DNA of 64,000 nucleotides from an uncultured Bacilli bacterium (lineage in GTDB: Bacteria; Bacillota_I; Bacilli_A; RF39; UBA660), in contig CANRBS010000002.1 in the NCBI GenBank assembly GCA_947628895.1, forward strand, positions 2,818-66,817, written 5' to 3'. Positions 1 to 10,452 of this stretch are shown in pieces; positions within the stretch are counted from its first letter, which is position 1; each line of letters starts with the position of its first letter. The notes under the pieces are model-generated. The model ran no database searches and was not told the DNA's origin. It saw nothing but the letters and a program-made list of their open reading frames with translations. The translations under genes were made by a program, and so were the position numbers.

Positions 1-740
1 TCTCCATCTTTATCATTAAACATTAAGTCATCATTTGTAAAGTTATTTTTAAAAGATAATTTTATTATTTCGTCATTAATTTTTATATATAAATTATTAC
101 TTAAATCATCTATATTTTTAGCATTTATAATTGAATCATAACCATAAAAATCTAATAATATTCTGTCTGATGGTCCTTCATATATTTGAATTTCTTTATC
201 TTTATTTTTATATATTAATCTAATATTATCTGTTATATTTTGCTCATCATTAAATCTATCTATAACTTGGCCTATTTTTAAATATGATTTTTCTCTAGTA
301 GTTATTAATATTCCATCATAAATAGAGTAACTATCTGAATTTCCATAAACTTTATATACTTGTGTCTTATTATAAGTTTCAGAAAAATAATAAATTAAAA
401 ATGATATTCCAATTAATATAACAGCTAGTGATAAAAATAGGGTTGCTATTTTTGTTCTTCTATATTTTGCATTTTGACTAACTAAGTAATTTAAAAAATT
501 ATTTTTTACTTCTCTTTGATTGTTTTGATTATTTCTCTCACCATAAACTAGTTCATCTAAACTAACATTAAACATTTCACATATCTTAACTAGATATTTT
601 AAATCTGGTGTACGCTTTCCGCTCTCCCATTTACTAATAACACTTCTATCAATAAATAATAATTTAGCTAATTCTTCTTGACTCTTATTATTTTCAGTTC
701 TTAACTCTTTAATAAAATTTCCTATTTTTAATGGATCCAT
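1..740 (-). CDS. Xre-family HTH protein with membrane anchor (3' end beyond window edge)
   Basis: Reverse-strand ATG at 738-740. Translation MDPLKIGNFIKELRTENNKSQEELAKLLFIDRSVISKWESGKRTPDL is a Cro/C1-type HTH, followed by hydrophobic IATLFLSLAVILIGISFLIYYF. Frame stays open to position 1. Confidence 0.6.
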   Translation of the reverse strand, partial: MDPLKIGNFIKELRTENNKSQEELAKLLFIDRSVISKWESGKRTPDLKYLVKICEMFNVSLDELVYGERNNQNNQREVKNNFLNYLVSQNAKYRRTKIATLFLSLAVILIGISFLIYYFSETYNKTQVYKVYGNSDSYSIYDGILITTREKSYLKIGQVIDRFNDEQNITDNIRLIYKNKDKEIQIYEGPSDRILLDFYGYDSIINAKNIDDLSNNLYIKINDEIIKLSFKNNFTNDDLMFNDKDG

Positions 741-870
741 AAACACTACTTACCTACCTCTTTTTTTATTTATAATAATATTTTTACATTATCTATGATA
801 ATTTTAACATAAAACTAAAATTTTTAAAAGTGTCAATATAGCACAAAAAAAGCAATTTTATATTATTGCT

Positions 871-1503
871 TTATTCTAATTCATTTACTTTTAATGTATA
901 TAAATTTTCTGGATCCATTGGACTCTCTTTATAATAAACTTCAAAATGTAATAATGATTTATTAGTTGTATCTAATTTAGAAGCAGTAGAACTTGCAATT
1001 ATTTCACCTTGAGAAACTTTATATCCTACTGTTACTAATACATCTGTTACATTACTATAAACTGTTTTTAAATTATCATTATGTTTTATAGTTATAACCT
1101 TTCCATAAACTTCATTATCTTCAACAGATATAACTTCTCCATCTAAAACTGATAGTACATCAAAGTCTTCATCGTTAACATAATCAACACCTTTATTTTG
1201 CATATATGTATTTTCAAAATAAATGAGTGCTCCTTCTTGTTTACTTGCATCTGATTCAAAATCATAAAAATATTTTCCAACTTTCACTGTATCTGCTAAA
1301 TATGGTCTTATAATTGTATCACTATTAGTACTAACAACTGGACTTAAATCACTTTGAAAATATTCATCTATCGTATAATTATATTTTGGCTCTTCAGCTA
1401 AATAATTTTTTACTCCAGTTACAACTAACATTACACTTACAACCATTACTGCAATTACACCAATATAAATTGTTGGTATTAAATATTTAGTATACTTTTC
1501 CAT
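871..1503 (-). CDS. Membrane-anchored degenerate LytM/M23-domain protein, SpoIIQ-like
   Basis: N-terminal TM helix. M23 fold signature is present but metal/catalytic His residues are replaced (NKGVD instead of HxGxD, LLHFEV instead of HLHFEV). Adjacent to spoIID. Confidence 0.6.
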   Translation of the reverse strand: MEKYTKYLIPTIYIGVIAVMVVSVMLVVTGVKNYLAEEPKYNYTIDEYFQSDLSPVVSTNSDTIIRPYLADTVKVGKYFYDFESDASKQEGALIYFENTYMQNKGVDYVNDEDFDVLSVLDGEVISVEDNEVYGKVITIKHNDNLKTVYSNVTDVLVTVGYKVSQGEIIASSTASKLDTTNKSLLHFEVYYKESPMDPENLYTLKVNELE

Positions 1504-1545
1504 ATATTCACTCTCCTAATTATAGAGTGAGCTTTTTTTTAATAT

Positions 1546-2511
1546 TTATTCATTTATTTTAATACCAGTATAATAATATTTTAATATTTCATCATAAGAG
1601 TACCCTTTTTTAGCCATAGCATTAGCACCATATTGACTCATTCCAACTCCATGTCCGTATCCTTTTGTATCAATATAAATTTTATTATCTTTTCTTGTTA
1701 TTTCTACATCTGTACTTCTAAGACCTAAAAGTGTTCTAAAATTAGTTCCTTTAAATGATTTACCATTAACTATAACACTACTTGCTCTTCCTGTAGAACT
1801 TTTATTTACTTTTATACTATCTACTTTTAAAGAATTTATACCTAATTTCTTTAAAAAATCTTTTTCTGTAAAACTAACTGTTTTTTCTTTGTAATCATAT
1901 TCACTATCCCAACTTGAATCTACACTTTTTAAATAATCTAATTTTTGACTAAATACATTTTCACAATTTTCTGTATATCCATTTGAAATTGAAAAATAAA
2001 AAGAAATAATAACTTTATCATTATAAGTCATATATTGATTTTGAGTATCAGCTACCGCGATTTTTATTTTTTCATAATTTTTATCAAAACTACTTCCCCA
2101 ATTCTTTTTCATTTTATCAACCGAAATATAGCATTGATCTTTAGTAGTTGTTGATAACTTATAATTTTTATTAGTATTAATTTTATATAATGCAAATGTT
2201 CTTGAAGCTACTGCCATTGCTTTTAATGCTTCAATATCAAAAGTTGCTGGCATCTCACAAGCAACTACACCAATAACATAATCTTCTAAGTCCATATTAA
2301 TTGTTTTATCATCATAAATGATATCAACAGTTTGTGTTTCTTTTTCTTCGGTTACAATTTTATCTTCAGTTTTTGTATTCTCTTGTAATTCATTTACTTG
2401 TTTCTTAACTTTATTTTCTACTTCAATTTTATTTTCTTCATTATATCTATGTTGATAACTTGTTATTAAAATTATAAAGAAAATAAAAAATACTATGATT
2501 TTTCTTTTCAT
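1546..2511 (-). CDS. spoIID: Stage II sporulation protein D (SpoIID/LytB lytic transglycosylase family)
   Basis: Signal/TM anchor plus SpoIID domain signatures (VVACEMPATF, ALKAMAVASRTFAL, GHGVGMSQYGA). Confidence 0.85.
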   Translation of the reverse strand: MKRKIIVFFIFFIILITSYQHRYNEENKIEVENKVKKQVNELQENTKTEDKIVTEEKETQTVDIIYDDKTINMDLEDYVIGVVACEMPATFDIEALKAMAVASRTFALYKINTNKNYKLSTTTKDQCYISVDKMKKNWGSSFDKNYEKIKIAVADTQNQYMTYNDKVIISFYFSISNGYTENCENVFSQKLDYLKSVDSSWDSEYDYKEKTVSFTEKDFLKKLGINSLKVDSIKVNKSSTGRASSVIVNGKSFKGTNFRTLLGLRSTDVEITRKDNKIYIDTKGYGHGVGMSQYGANAMAKKGYSYDEILKYYYTGIKINE

Positions 2512-2525
2512 AGTATATTTTATGA

Positions 2526-2915
2526 TTATTGTTTATTTAGTATTCTTGATTTTTCCATTTCATATTCTTCTTTAGTTAATACTTTATCTTTATATAGTTT
2601 ACTTAGTTTTTCAAGTTCATCATATTTATCAGAATTATTACTATTAAAACTAAATGAAAAATTACTAATTGAAAAATAAAATATTAAACCTAAAATTCCT
2701 GATAATTGACAAATAAATAGAAATACTATTGACCATATTAATATTGTATCTTTATTTTTACAAATTTCTTCGTCAGATGATTTTGATAAATCATTGAATT
2801 TCATACCACCTATAATCATAGGAACTCCTACAATTAAACCTATAATTGTTAAAGAACAAATTATTCCAAGTACAATTGCTACTATACCAGAAATTTTTAA
2901 TATTGTTTTATCCAT
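2526..2915 (-). CDS. Small membrane protein with C-terminal SHOCT-like motif
   Basis: Two to three hydrophobic helices. C-terminus YDELEKLSKLYKDKVLTKEEYEMEKSRIL resembles the SHOCT short C-terminal domain. Confidence 0.55.
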   Translation of the reverse strand: MDKTILKISGIVAIVLGIICSLTIIGLIVGVPMIIGGMKFNDLSKSSDEEICKNKDTILIWSIVFLFICQLSGILGLIFYFSISNFSFSFNSNNSDKYDELEKLSKLYKDKVLTKEEYEMEKSRILNKQ

Positions 2916-2932
2916 TTTATAACTCCCTTCTT

Positions 2933-3361
2933 TTATTTTAAAGCTCTAATTTTATCTAATCTTCTTTTATGTCTTTCTTCTTCTGATGGTTTAGTATTAA
3001 TAAAATTATCTAATATTTCATCTAAATTTTCTGTATATTCTGCTAGTGTCATAACATTAGCTTGATTATGACTTCTTGCTAAGAATGCTTCTCTTGGAGT
3101 ATTAACTTTAGCTGCTATAATATTATGAATTTTATTAGCAGCTATACTCATACCAATTCCAGTACCACAAATTAATATACCTAAGTCTACTTCTTTATTA
3201 TTTATACTATTACATAAAGTAACAGCATAATCTACATAATCAACATTATTTTCTTCATCACATCCATAATTTTTATATTCAATATTGTTTTTATTTAAAT
3301 ATTCAATTATTCTTTTTTTTAATTCTATTCCATGATGATCATTTGCTATTCCTATTTTCAT
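2933..3361 (-). CDS. rpiB: Ribose-5-phosphate isomerase B (RpiB/LacA/LacB family)
   Basis: 142 aa with a typical RpiB core (IGIANDHHG, LICGTGIGMSIAANK). Confidence 0.85.
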   Translation of the reverse strand: MKIGIANDHHGIELKKRIIEYLNKNNIEYKNYGCDEENNVDYVDYAVTLCNSINNKEVDLGILICGTGIGMSIAANKIHNIIAAKVNTPREAFLARSHNQANVMTLAEYTENLDEILDNFINTKPSEEERHKRRLDKIRALK

Positions 3362-4065
3362 TTTTCACTTTCTTTCTTTTCTTTTTTTGTTTTTACTTCT
3401 TCATAATCTGCTTCTTTTACTTTAACATTTTTCTCTTTATCTTCTTCTATTGCATATCTTGAATCTACTACTAAAGTATGTGCAAGTTTATCATGAAGAC
3501 CAGCTCCATCTTCTCTTATTAAAATCATACCAATTGATGTAAATATTAATGCCATATCAATATAACCAATTATTAAATTAGCATTTATAAATTGTGATTT
3601 AGATGAATATAATAGTAAAATTATTACTGCAGATGATGTAAGTAAACTATTAATAATTGAACTTCTTATAATAACTTGTTCTATCTTTAATTTTTTACTA
3701 TTTGTAGAAACAATTTTTATATTCAATAAAGCTTTTCCAATTGTTTTTCCATCATTATAGTATTGAAATATACAAAAATATAAAAATGTTACAACTAATG
3801 TTATTACTGAATAATAAACACCATAATAAGATAAATCATAGTTTATATCATTCATAGTTTCATTATTTAATATTTCTGCTATATCTGCTGTATTATCTGA
3901 TGACATAATAGACATATAATAATTTTGATATTCTTTATATTTATTATTATATTCTTCTTTTTGTGGATTAATTAAATCAATGCTAGTAAAAATAGTCACT
4001 ATAGCAGAAATTATTATAGTATCTACTAAATATGCAATTATTCTTCTGAATGTTGGTTTTTTCAT
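3358..4065 (-). CDS. RDD-family membrane protein
   Basis: N-terminal RRIIAYLVDTIIIS RDD-type motif, three TM helices, Lys/Glu-rich tail. Confidence 0.65.
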   Translation of the reverse strand: MKKPTFRRIIAYLVDTIIISAIVTIFTSIDLINPQKEEYNNKYKEYQNYYMSIMSSDNTADIAEILNNETMNDINYDLSYYGVYYSVITLVVTFLYFCIFQYYNDGKTIGKALLNIKIVSTNSKKLKIEQVIIRSSIINSLLTSSAVIILLLYSSKSQFINANLIIGYIDMALIFTSIGMILIREDGAGLHDKLAHTLVVDSRYAIEEDKEKNVKVKEADYEEVKTKKEKKESEK

Positions 4066-5513
4066 TATTTCTTATCCTCCTTTGGCTTTTTATATAGAAA
4101 TGAGAAGAAACTTGATTTTCTTTTTATTAATCCTGTTATTTTATAATCATTATTTATATTTTGATATATTGAATTTGCTAAATCATACAGCGATCCTTCA
4201 GAAACAGTAAATTGTGCTAAATTAATTACTTCATCATCTATAATTAATGGTACTCTTCCTGAAAAATTAACTTTGCATAATTCTTGTTTTTGATTATATA
4301 AATCTACTTGAAGTCCATATAATGATGTTATAAACATTGAATAATGATTTTCTCTTATATAATTATCAAGTACACCTATTACAGCATCTATTTTAGATAG
4401 CCTATCTTTTATTTCTTCTATTGTTTTACAAGTATTAATCTCATAATTTATTATGATAAGTTCATTATTTAAAGATTTAATCACTTCTAACATTTTATTT
4501 GGATCATAAATAAAGCCATCATCTGTAGGTAAATATTTTAAATCATTATCTATTATATTTCTAAGTCCTGTTAAATAATAATTTATATTAGCACAATTAT
4601 CTTTTTTATCCATTACTATACATTTTGCATTTATACTTTTTATTGAATTTAACATATAATTTGATGAAACAGCAAAATTAAACATAAATGGTATTTGTCT
4701 GTTTTCACATTTTAATGGAAATAATGAATAAAATTTAATTGTATCTAAATTTAATGTTCTATATTTTTGTAAATATAATTCATTTATAAAAGGAGTTAAA
4801 TTTACACTAGCATAGTTAAATAATAAAACTTGATCATTTTCTTCAAATTTATAATCATTATTAACTGAAAATGTTCTAGTATCACGAGGCTTAGTTTTTG
4901 TTTGAGTTAAAACTTGTACTTTTTTATCTAAATCTTTCCATTTTTCTCCTGCTTCAGTCATTATACATTTTATATATTCTTTCATACCAAGTATATTGTT
5001 AATATAATTTTCTCCTACTACAACACCTAATTTTATATTTGATCCTAATTCATAGCTTAAAATTTGAAAACCACGATCTATATTTTTATAATCATTTATT
5101 GATTGTTGGCAAAGAATTATATGTACATATATTTTTGCATTTGTTTTATTTTGTATAAATCTTAAATATGCAACTAAATGATCTATTGTACTTGATGAAT
5201 CCCAATAACATATTATATGCAATCTTGAATTTAAATTATTAACATTATCTATTATATTATTTAATAATTCATTATTTAAATTTTCATTACTTATATTATT
5301 TTCTATTAAACTATATGTTAATGGTTCATTAATTCCCATACTAAAATTTCTATATGCACTAATATAGTCTAAATAATTATTTGGTATTGAAACAAAAACC
5401 CTTTCTTTTGTTAGTCTATCCATATTTGGCATTAATTCACCAGAATATATATTATATGAATCTGCTTTTTCAACACCAAAGCCATTAATTAGTAATAATA
5501 TATTTCTTTTCAT
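4065..5513 (-). CDS. Cofactor-independent phosphoglycerate mutase (iPGM)-like protein with degenerate active site
   Basis: Collinear resemblance to iPGM (ILLLINGFG vs IILDGFG; RLHIICYWDSSSTIDHL vs [20 protein letters not shown]). The metal-Asp, catalytic-Ser and DHGN motifs are not conserved. Start moved to the ATG at 5511-5513, preceded by GGAGG. Confidence 0.4.
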   Translation of the reverse strand: MKRNILLLINGFGVEKADSYNIYSGELMPNMDRLTKERVFVSIPNNYLDYISAYRNFSMGINEPLTYSLIENNISNENLNNELLNNIIDNVNNLNSRLHIICYWDSSSTIDHLVAYLRFIQNKTNAKIYVHIILCQQSINDYKNIDRGFQILSYELGSNIKLGVVVGENYINNILGMKEYIKCIMTEAGEKWKDLDKKVQVLTQTKTKPRDTRTFSVNNDYKFEENDQVLLFNYASVNLTPFINELYLQKYRTLNLDTIKFYSLFPLKCENRQIPFMFNFAVSSNYMLNSIKSINAKCIVMDKKDNCANINYYLTGLRNIIDNDLKYLPTDDGFIYDPNKMLEVIKSLNNELIIINYEINTCKTIEEIKDRLSKIDAVIGVLDNYIRENHYSMFITSLYGLQVDLYNQKQELCKVNFSGRVPLIIDDEVINLAQFTVSEGSLYDLANSIYQNINNDYKITGLIKRKSSFFSFLYKKPKEDKK

Positions 5514-5548
5514 TTTAGCCTCCTTTTTTATCATTTATGTATATAATA

Positions 5549-8197
5549 TTATACCATTTTTTTCTTATTTTTTAAATGCTTATATATTTCCATAATGACA
5601 AGTATTGGTAAAGATATTAAGAATAATAAAATTAAATTATAATATGGTATTTGATATGTTTGTAAGAATTTTGATAAAAATGGTACTTCCATAATTATTA
5701 TTTGTAATAAAATACTTGATACAATTGTGAATAATACAAATGGATTTTTCTTGAAACTATTTTCAAATATACTTTTGCTTTCACTTCTACAATTGATAAC
5801 ATGTATATTTTGAATAAACACCATAAGTGCTAGAACATATCCTCTTGCATGAGACACTTCCATATGTAATTCATTTATTAGAATATGCCATACTAGAAAT
5901 ACTAATACTCCAATAAATAAACCTGATATTAATATTTGTTTAACAAGTTCTCGTTCAAATAAACTTTCTTTTGTATCTCTTGGTTTTTCTTTCATTATAG
6001 TATCTGTTTCTCTTTCAAATGAAAGTGCCATATCTTGAAGTCCATCAGTAACTAAGTTTAACCAAAGCAATTGAATTGCTACAAGCGGTATTGGTAAATT
6101 AACCACAATAGATAGTACAAAGAATAATACTTCTGCAAATCCACAGGATAATAACATTATTGATATTTTTCTTATATTTGAATATGCATTTCTTCCTTCT
6201 TCTATACCAGCTACTATTGATGCAAAATTATCATCTATTACTATCATTTTAGCTGTTTCTTTTGCAACATCAGTTCCACTTCCCATAGCAACACCAATAT
6301 TTGCTGCTTTTATAGCTGGAGCATCATTTACTCCATCTCCTGTTACTGCTACAAATTCTCCTTGTCTTTGTAATGATTCAACTATTTTTAATTTTTGAAG
6401 TGGTGTTACTCTTGCAAATACTTTTTTATCTTTAATAAATTCATCAAATTTTTCTTCATCATCAATATAAAAGTCTAAATCACTTCCTGTTGTAACTTCA
6501 CTTTTTTCTTTTAACATATCTAAGTCTTTTGCAATAGCATAAGCAGTAAGAGCATGATCTCCTGTAATCATTAATACTTTAATACCGGCATTTTTACATT
6601 CTTTAACAGCAGCCTTAGCCTCTTTTCTAACCGGATCTATAAATCCTACTAAACCTACAAAATTTAAATTTTCTATATCTTTTTCACTATATTTTTCTTT
6701 TTCTTTAATTTCACCATCACAAAGAGCAATAACTCTATATCCGTTTGCTGCCATTTCTTCATTTTGATTTAATATTTCTTCTTTATTTAGTTTAGATTGT
6801 TTTCCATTTTTATATGAATATTTGCAAAACTCCAATATAACTTCTAATGAGCCTTTAGCAGTACAATACACTTTGTCATCTTTTTTATAAACTACTGCAC
6901 TAAATTTTTTTTCTGATTCATAAGGTACTTCAAATAATTTTTTATATTCTGTTTTATTTGTTTTTAATTTTCTTGATAAAGATAAAAATGCAATATCAAT
7001 TGAATCACCAAATGATTCCCATTTATTATTTGTTTTTTCTAGCATTGCTTCATTATTTATAAGACCTAGAGTTGATATATATTCAGCATTTGTAATATTA
7101 GAATCATTTATTGGAATTATATGTCCAATATCATTATAGCCATTACCTTCAATATCAAATTCTTCATTATCTGGTAACATTATTTTTTTAGCAGTTTGTT
7201 CATTTACAGTAAGTGTTCCTGTTTTATCACTTGCTATAACTGTACAACTACCTAAACTTTCTACTGAATTTAATTTTTTTACTATTACATTTCTTTTACT
7301 CATTTTATTAGATCCAATAGTAAGTGCCATAGTAAGTGCTAAAGGTAAACCTTCTGGCATTGCTGATACTGAAAGGGCTACTACTGATAAAAATATATCA
7401 ATTGCAGAATAGTTTTTTGTATATAATACAATACCTATTATTATAGATATTCCTATTATTATTATCGTTATTTGTTTTGAAAATTTTTCCATTCTAATAG
7501 TAAGTGGTGACTTAGTATCTTCTGTTGTAGTTACTTTTTCTGCTATTTTTCCTACTTCTGTTTTAATACCAGTAGCTACTACTACTGCAAGAGCCCTTCC
7601 TGTTAAAACTGATGTTCCAGCATAAAGCATACATTTTTTAGATATTTCACTAGATGAAGATGGTTCAAATGTTTTAGTAACTCCAATACTTTCACCAGTA
7701 AGAACTGATTCATTTACAGTTAAATTATTAGTAGTTAATAGTCTTGCATCAGCACAAACCAATGTACCAGGTTCAATTACTATTATATCTCCTGGAACTA
7801 TTGTAGAAGAATCTACTTCAAATCTTTTATTTTCTCTTATAACTTTTACTTTAACTTTTATTAAATTTTTAAGTGCTTCACTATTTTGTTCTGCTTTATA
7901 TTCTTGAATAGTTGAAACAACTGCATCTACTAGAATTATAAAAATAATAGCAAATCCATCAACTATTTCACCTACTACAAAAGATAAAATTGCAGAAACT
8001 ATTAAAACATATATGATTGGATCATTTAATGCAGAAATAAATATTTCTGCTTTAGTTTTCTTTTTCTCTTTAGGAAGTTCATTTAATCCATATTGTTTTA
8101 GTCTTTTTTTTGCTTCTGATACTTTAAGTCCACTAAGTGAACTATTAAATTCCTTTAGTACTTTTCCTTTTTCTAATCTACTATAGTCCTTATTCAT
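5549..8197 (-). CDS. P-type cation-transporting ATPase, Ca2+-ATPase-like (type II)
   Basis: TGES, DKTGTLT phosphorylation site and TGDGVNDAPAIK hinge. About 10 TM helices. Confidence 0.9.
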   Translation of the reverse strand: MNKDYSRLEKGKVLKEFNSSLSGLKVSEAKKRLKQYGLNELPKEKKKTKAEIFISALNDPIIYVLIVSAILSFVVGEIVDGFAIIFIILVDAVVSTIQEYKAEQNSEALKNLIKVKVKVIRENKRFEVDSSTIVPGDIIVIEPGTLVCADARLLTTNNLTVNESVLTGESIGVTKTFEPSSSSEISKKCMLYAGTSVLTGRALAVVVATGIKTEVGKIAEKVTTTEDTKSPLTIRMEKFSKQITIIIIGISIIIGIVLYTKNYSAIDIFLSVVALSVSAMPEGLPLALTMALTIGSNKMSKRNVIVKKLNSVESLGSCTVIASDKTGTLTVNEQTAKKIMLPDNEEFDIEGNGYNDIGHIIPINDSNITNAEYISTLGLINNEAMLEKTNNKWESFGDSIDIAFLSLSRKLKTNKTEYKKLFEVPYESEKKFSAVVYKKDDKVYCTAKGSLEVILEFCKYSYKNGKQSKLNKEEILNQNEEMAANGYRVIALCDGEIKEKEKYSEKDIENLNFVGLVGFIDPVRKEAKAAVKECKNAGIKVLMITGDHALTAYAIAKDLDMLKEKSEVTTGSDLDFYIDDEEKFDEFIKDKKVFARVTPLQKLKIVESLQRQGEFVAVTGDGVNDAPAIKAANIGVAMGSGTDVAKETAKMIVIDDNFASIVAGIEEGRNAYSNIRKISIMLLSCGFAEVLFFVLSIVVNLPIPLVAIQLLWLNLVTDGLQDMALSFERETDTIMKEKPRDTKESLFERELVKQILISGLFIGVLVFLVWHILINELHMEVSHARGYVLALMVFIQNIHVINCRSESKSIFENSFKKNPFVLFTIVSSILLQIIIMEVPFLSKFLQTYQIPYYNLILLFLISLPILVIMEIYKHLKNKKKMV

Positions 8198-8286
8198 ATT
8201 TTCACCTTTTACTATTTATATTTATTATAAGTTATATTACTAGTTTTTTCAATAATTCTTGCATAATAAAAAGCAGAATATCTGCT

Positions 8287-9375
8287 TTATTTACTTTCTC
8301 CGAGTGTAACTTTAAATACTTTTGTTTCTTTTCCTCTAATAACTGTAATATCAACAGTTTCATTAGGTTCATGTTTATATAGATAATATCTAAGTTTAGC
8401 TACATTACTAACTTCAACATCACCTATTTTTGTTATTACATCTCCTTTTTGAATACCCGCGATAGCTGATGGACCATCAGTAGTAGATTCTAAAACTATT
8501 ACTCCTGAAGTTATTGAACTATCTAAATTTATACCCTCTTTAATTAAATAATATGATGGTGTTGATATATCAGCCATACTAATACCTAAATAAGCTCTTT
8601 TTATTTCTACTTTATTAACAATTTTATTAGCATAATCCATTGCATCTTCAATTGGAATTGCAAAACCTATTCCTTCTATTTCAGATTGTACTATTTTCAT
8701 TGAATTAATACCAATTACTTCTCCATTAACATTACAAAGAGGTCCACCACTATTTCCTGGATTAATTGCTGCATCTGTTTGCATAACATTCATAATCCAA
8801 TCATTTGAAGATGAATTAACTGATACTTCAACCATTCTATTTTTACCACTAAGTATTCCTCTTGTAACCGTACCATAATATTCAGAACTCATAGGAGATC
8901 CAATAGTAAATACAGTATCACCAAGTTTAGTTTTCTCACTACTTCCAATTTTAGCAATATTAGTAGCATATTCTTTATCTATTTGAATAACAGCAATATC
9001 TGCATACTCATCACTTCCTATTAAAGTTGCATCTAATGTATCACCATTCATTAATAAAACTTTAATTTCGCTTGCATTATCTATAACATGATGATTAGTC
9101 ATAATATATCCTTCATTACTATAAATAAAACCTGAACCTATACTTGCAAGTTTTGATTTTTGATAATTTTCAACTACTACAACTGAATCATATACATTTT
9201 CTATACCTTCTGAAATTCCACTATCAGTAACAGTAACATCTCTTATTACTTTATTTGTTACTTCTTTTTCATTTTCTTTATTAAAAGGTACATATAAAAT
9301 TACTGCATACATTATTCCCGCTCCTAATATTGCAGATAATATACCACTAAAAACATATGATAAAGCTTTTTTCAT
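8287..9375 (-). CDS. htrA: HtrA/DegP-family serine protease with PDZ domain
   Basis: TM anchor, trypsin-like domain with GNSGGPL, C-terminal PDZ (GIQKGDVITKIGD). Confidence 0.85.
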   Translation of the reverse strand: MKKALSYVFSGILSAILGAGIMYAVILYVPFNKENEKEVTNKVIRDVTVTDSGISEGIENVYDSVVVVENYQKSKLASIGSGFIYSNEGYIMTNHHVIDNASEIKVLLMNGDTLDATLIGSDEYADIAVIQIDKEYATNIAKIGSSEKTKLGDTVFTIGSPMSSEYYGTVTRGILSGKNRMVEVSVNSSSNDWIMNVMQTDAAINPGNSGGPLCNVNGEVIGINSMKIVQSEIEGIGFAIPIEDAMDYANKIVNKVEIKRAYLGISMADISTPSYYLIKEGINLDSSITSGVIVLESTTDGPSAIAGIQKGDVITKIGDVEVSNVAKLRYYLYKHEPNETVDITVIRGKETKVFKVTLGESK

Positions 9376-9383
9376 TTTTCCTC

Positions 9384-10316
9384 CTATTCTATATAAGATA
9401 TTTGTTTATAATTATCAGGAAATCCCATTCTATATAATACTTTTTGTACATCTATACTTTTCAATTTAGATGATAACCAATCTATCTCATACTCTATCTC
9501 ATTCATCATCATTTTAAAATCAGTAAATGTTAGCATTTCTTTTAATATAATAATTAATGCAAAAATATCATGCTTACCATAAATATATTCATCTTCAACT
9601 TTAGGTATATCAAGTTCAATATGAAATTTTGTATCATTTATTGCTTTTTGTGTTTCATGATTATAAAGTATATCTTCATGAGCACATAGATTTCTATAAT
9701 TTGATAGTATTGATAAATAGTCTCCAAGAGAACTTGCATTTATATCTTTATAATAACTAGCTATTTCTTCTCTATCATCAGGTTTTAATACTGAAAAGAG
9801 TTCTCCTACAAGTCCAAAGCTTAATACTTTAACTCCTACCCACAATGGAATATATCCATAATTATTTATATAGTGAGATGTTGCAGTATGTTGGTATCCA
9901 TTAATTCTAATTTGTCTTTTTACTTTTCTTATTAAATCATTTATTTGTTTATTTTTTTCTTTACTTCTATCAAAATTTTCTTGATTTAAATAATCTTTCT
10001 CTTTATATCCATATTTTTTACTAAGAACATAACTAAATATTGATTTATAGTTATTTTCTACTATTAGTAAGTTTTTAAATATAATATTTCTAAAATATCT
10101 ATCAAAAGTAAATAAAGCATATAATTCTTCAAAAGTACATCCTTCTATAAATTTTTTAGAACCATTTACTAAAAAAGGAGATCTATATCCATTTAAAAAG
10201 AAATAATTTTCTCTTAGCAAAATTTCTTTTGCTTTATCATAATCATTTATTGTAAGACCTTTACTTTTTAATATATCTAATTGTTCTTCTATAGTTTTAA
10301 ATACTTTTGCTGCCAT
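9384..10316 (-). CDS. Abi_2 (AbiD/AbiF-like) abortive-infection family protein
   Basis: N-terminus FKTIEEQLDILKSKGLTINDYDKAKEILLRENYFFLNGYRSPF is typical of the Abi-like family. Internal CAHEDILYN motif. Confidence 0.7.
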   Translation of the reverse strand: MAAKVFKTIEEQLDILKSKGLTINDYDKAKEILLRENYFFLNGYRSPFLVNGSKKFIEGCTFEELYALFTFDRYFRNIIFKNLLIVENNYKSIFSYVLSKKYGYKEKDYLNQENFDRSKEKNKQINDLIRKVKRQIRINGYQHTATSHYINNYGYIPLWVGVKVLSFGLVGELFSVLKPDDREEIASYYKDINASSLGDYLSILSNYRNLCAHEDILYNHETQKAINDTKFHIELDIPKVEDEYIYGKHDIFALIIILKEMLTFTDFKMMMNEIEYEIDWLSSKLKSIDVQKVLYRMGFPDNYKQISYIE

Positions 10317-10452
10317 ATCACACTCTCCCTATGGTAAGATTATAGCATTATTAAGTCTTTTTTTAAATATTTTTTTGGAAAGTTAACATTTTTATTAGTA
10401 TTTAAATAAAAGAAAAAAGCTCAATAAATGAGCTTTTATAACATTGAATATA

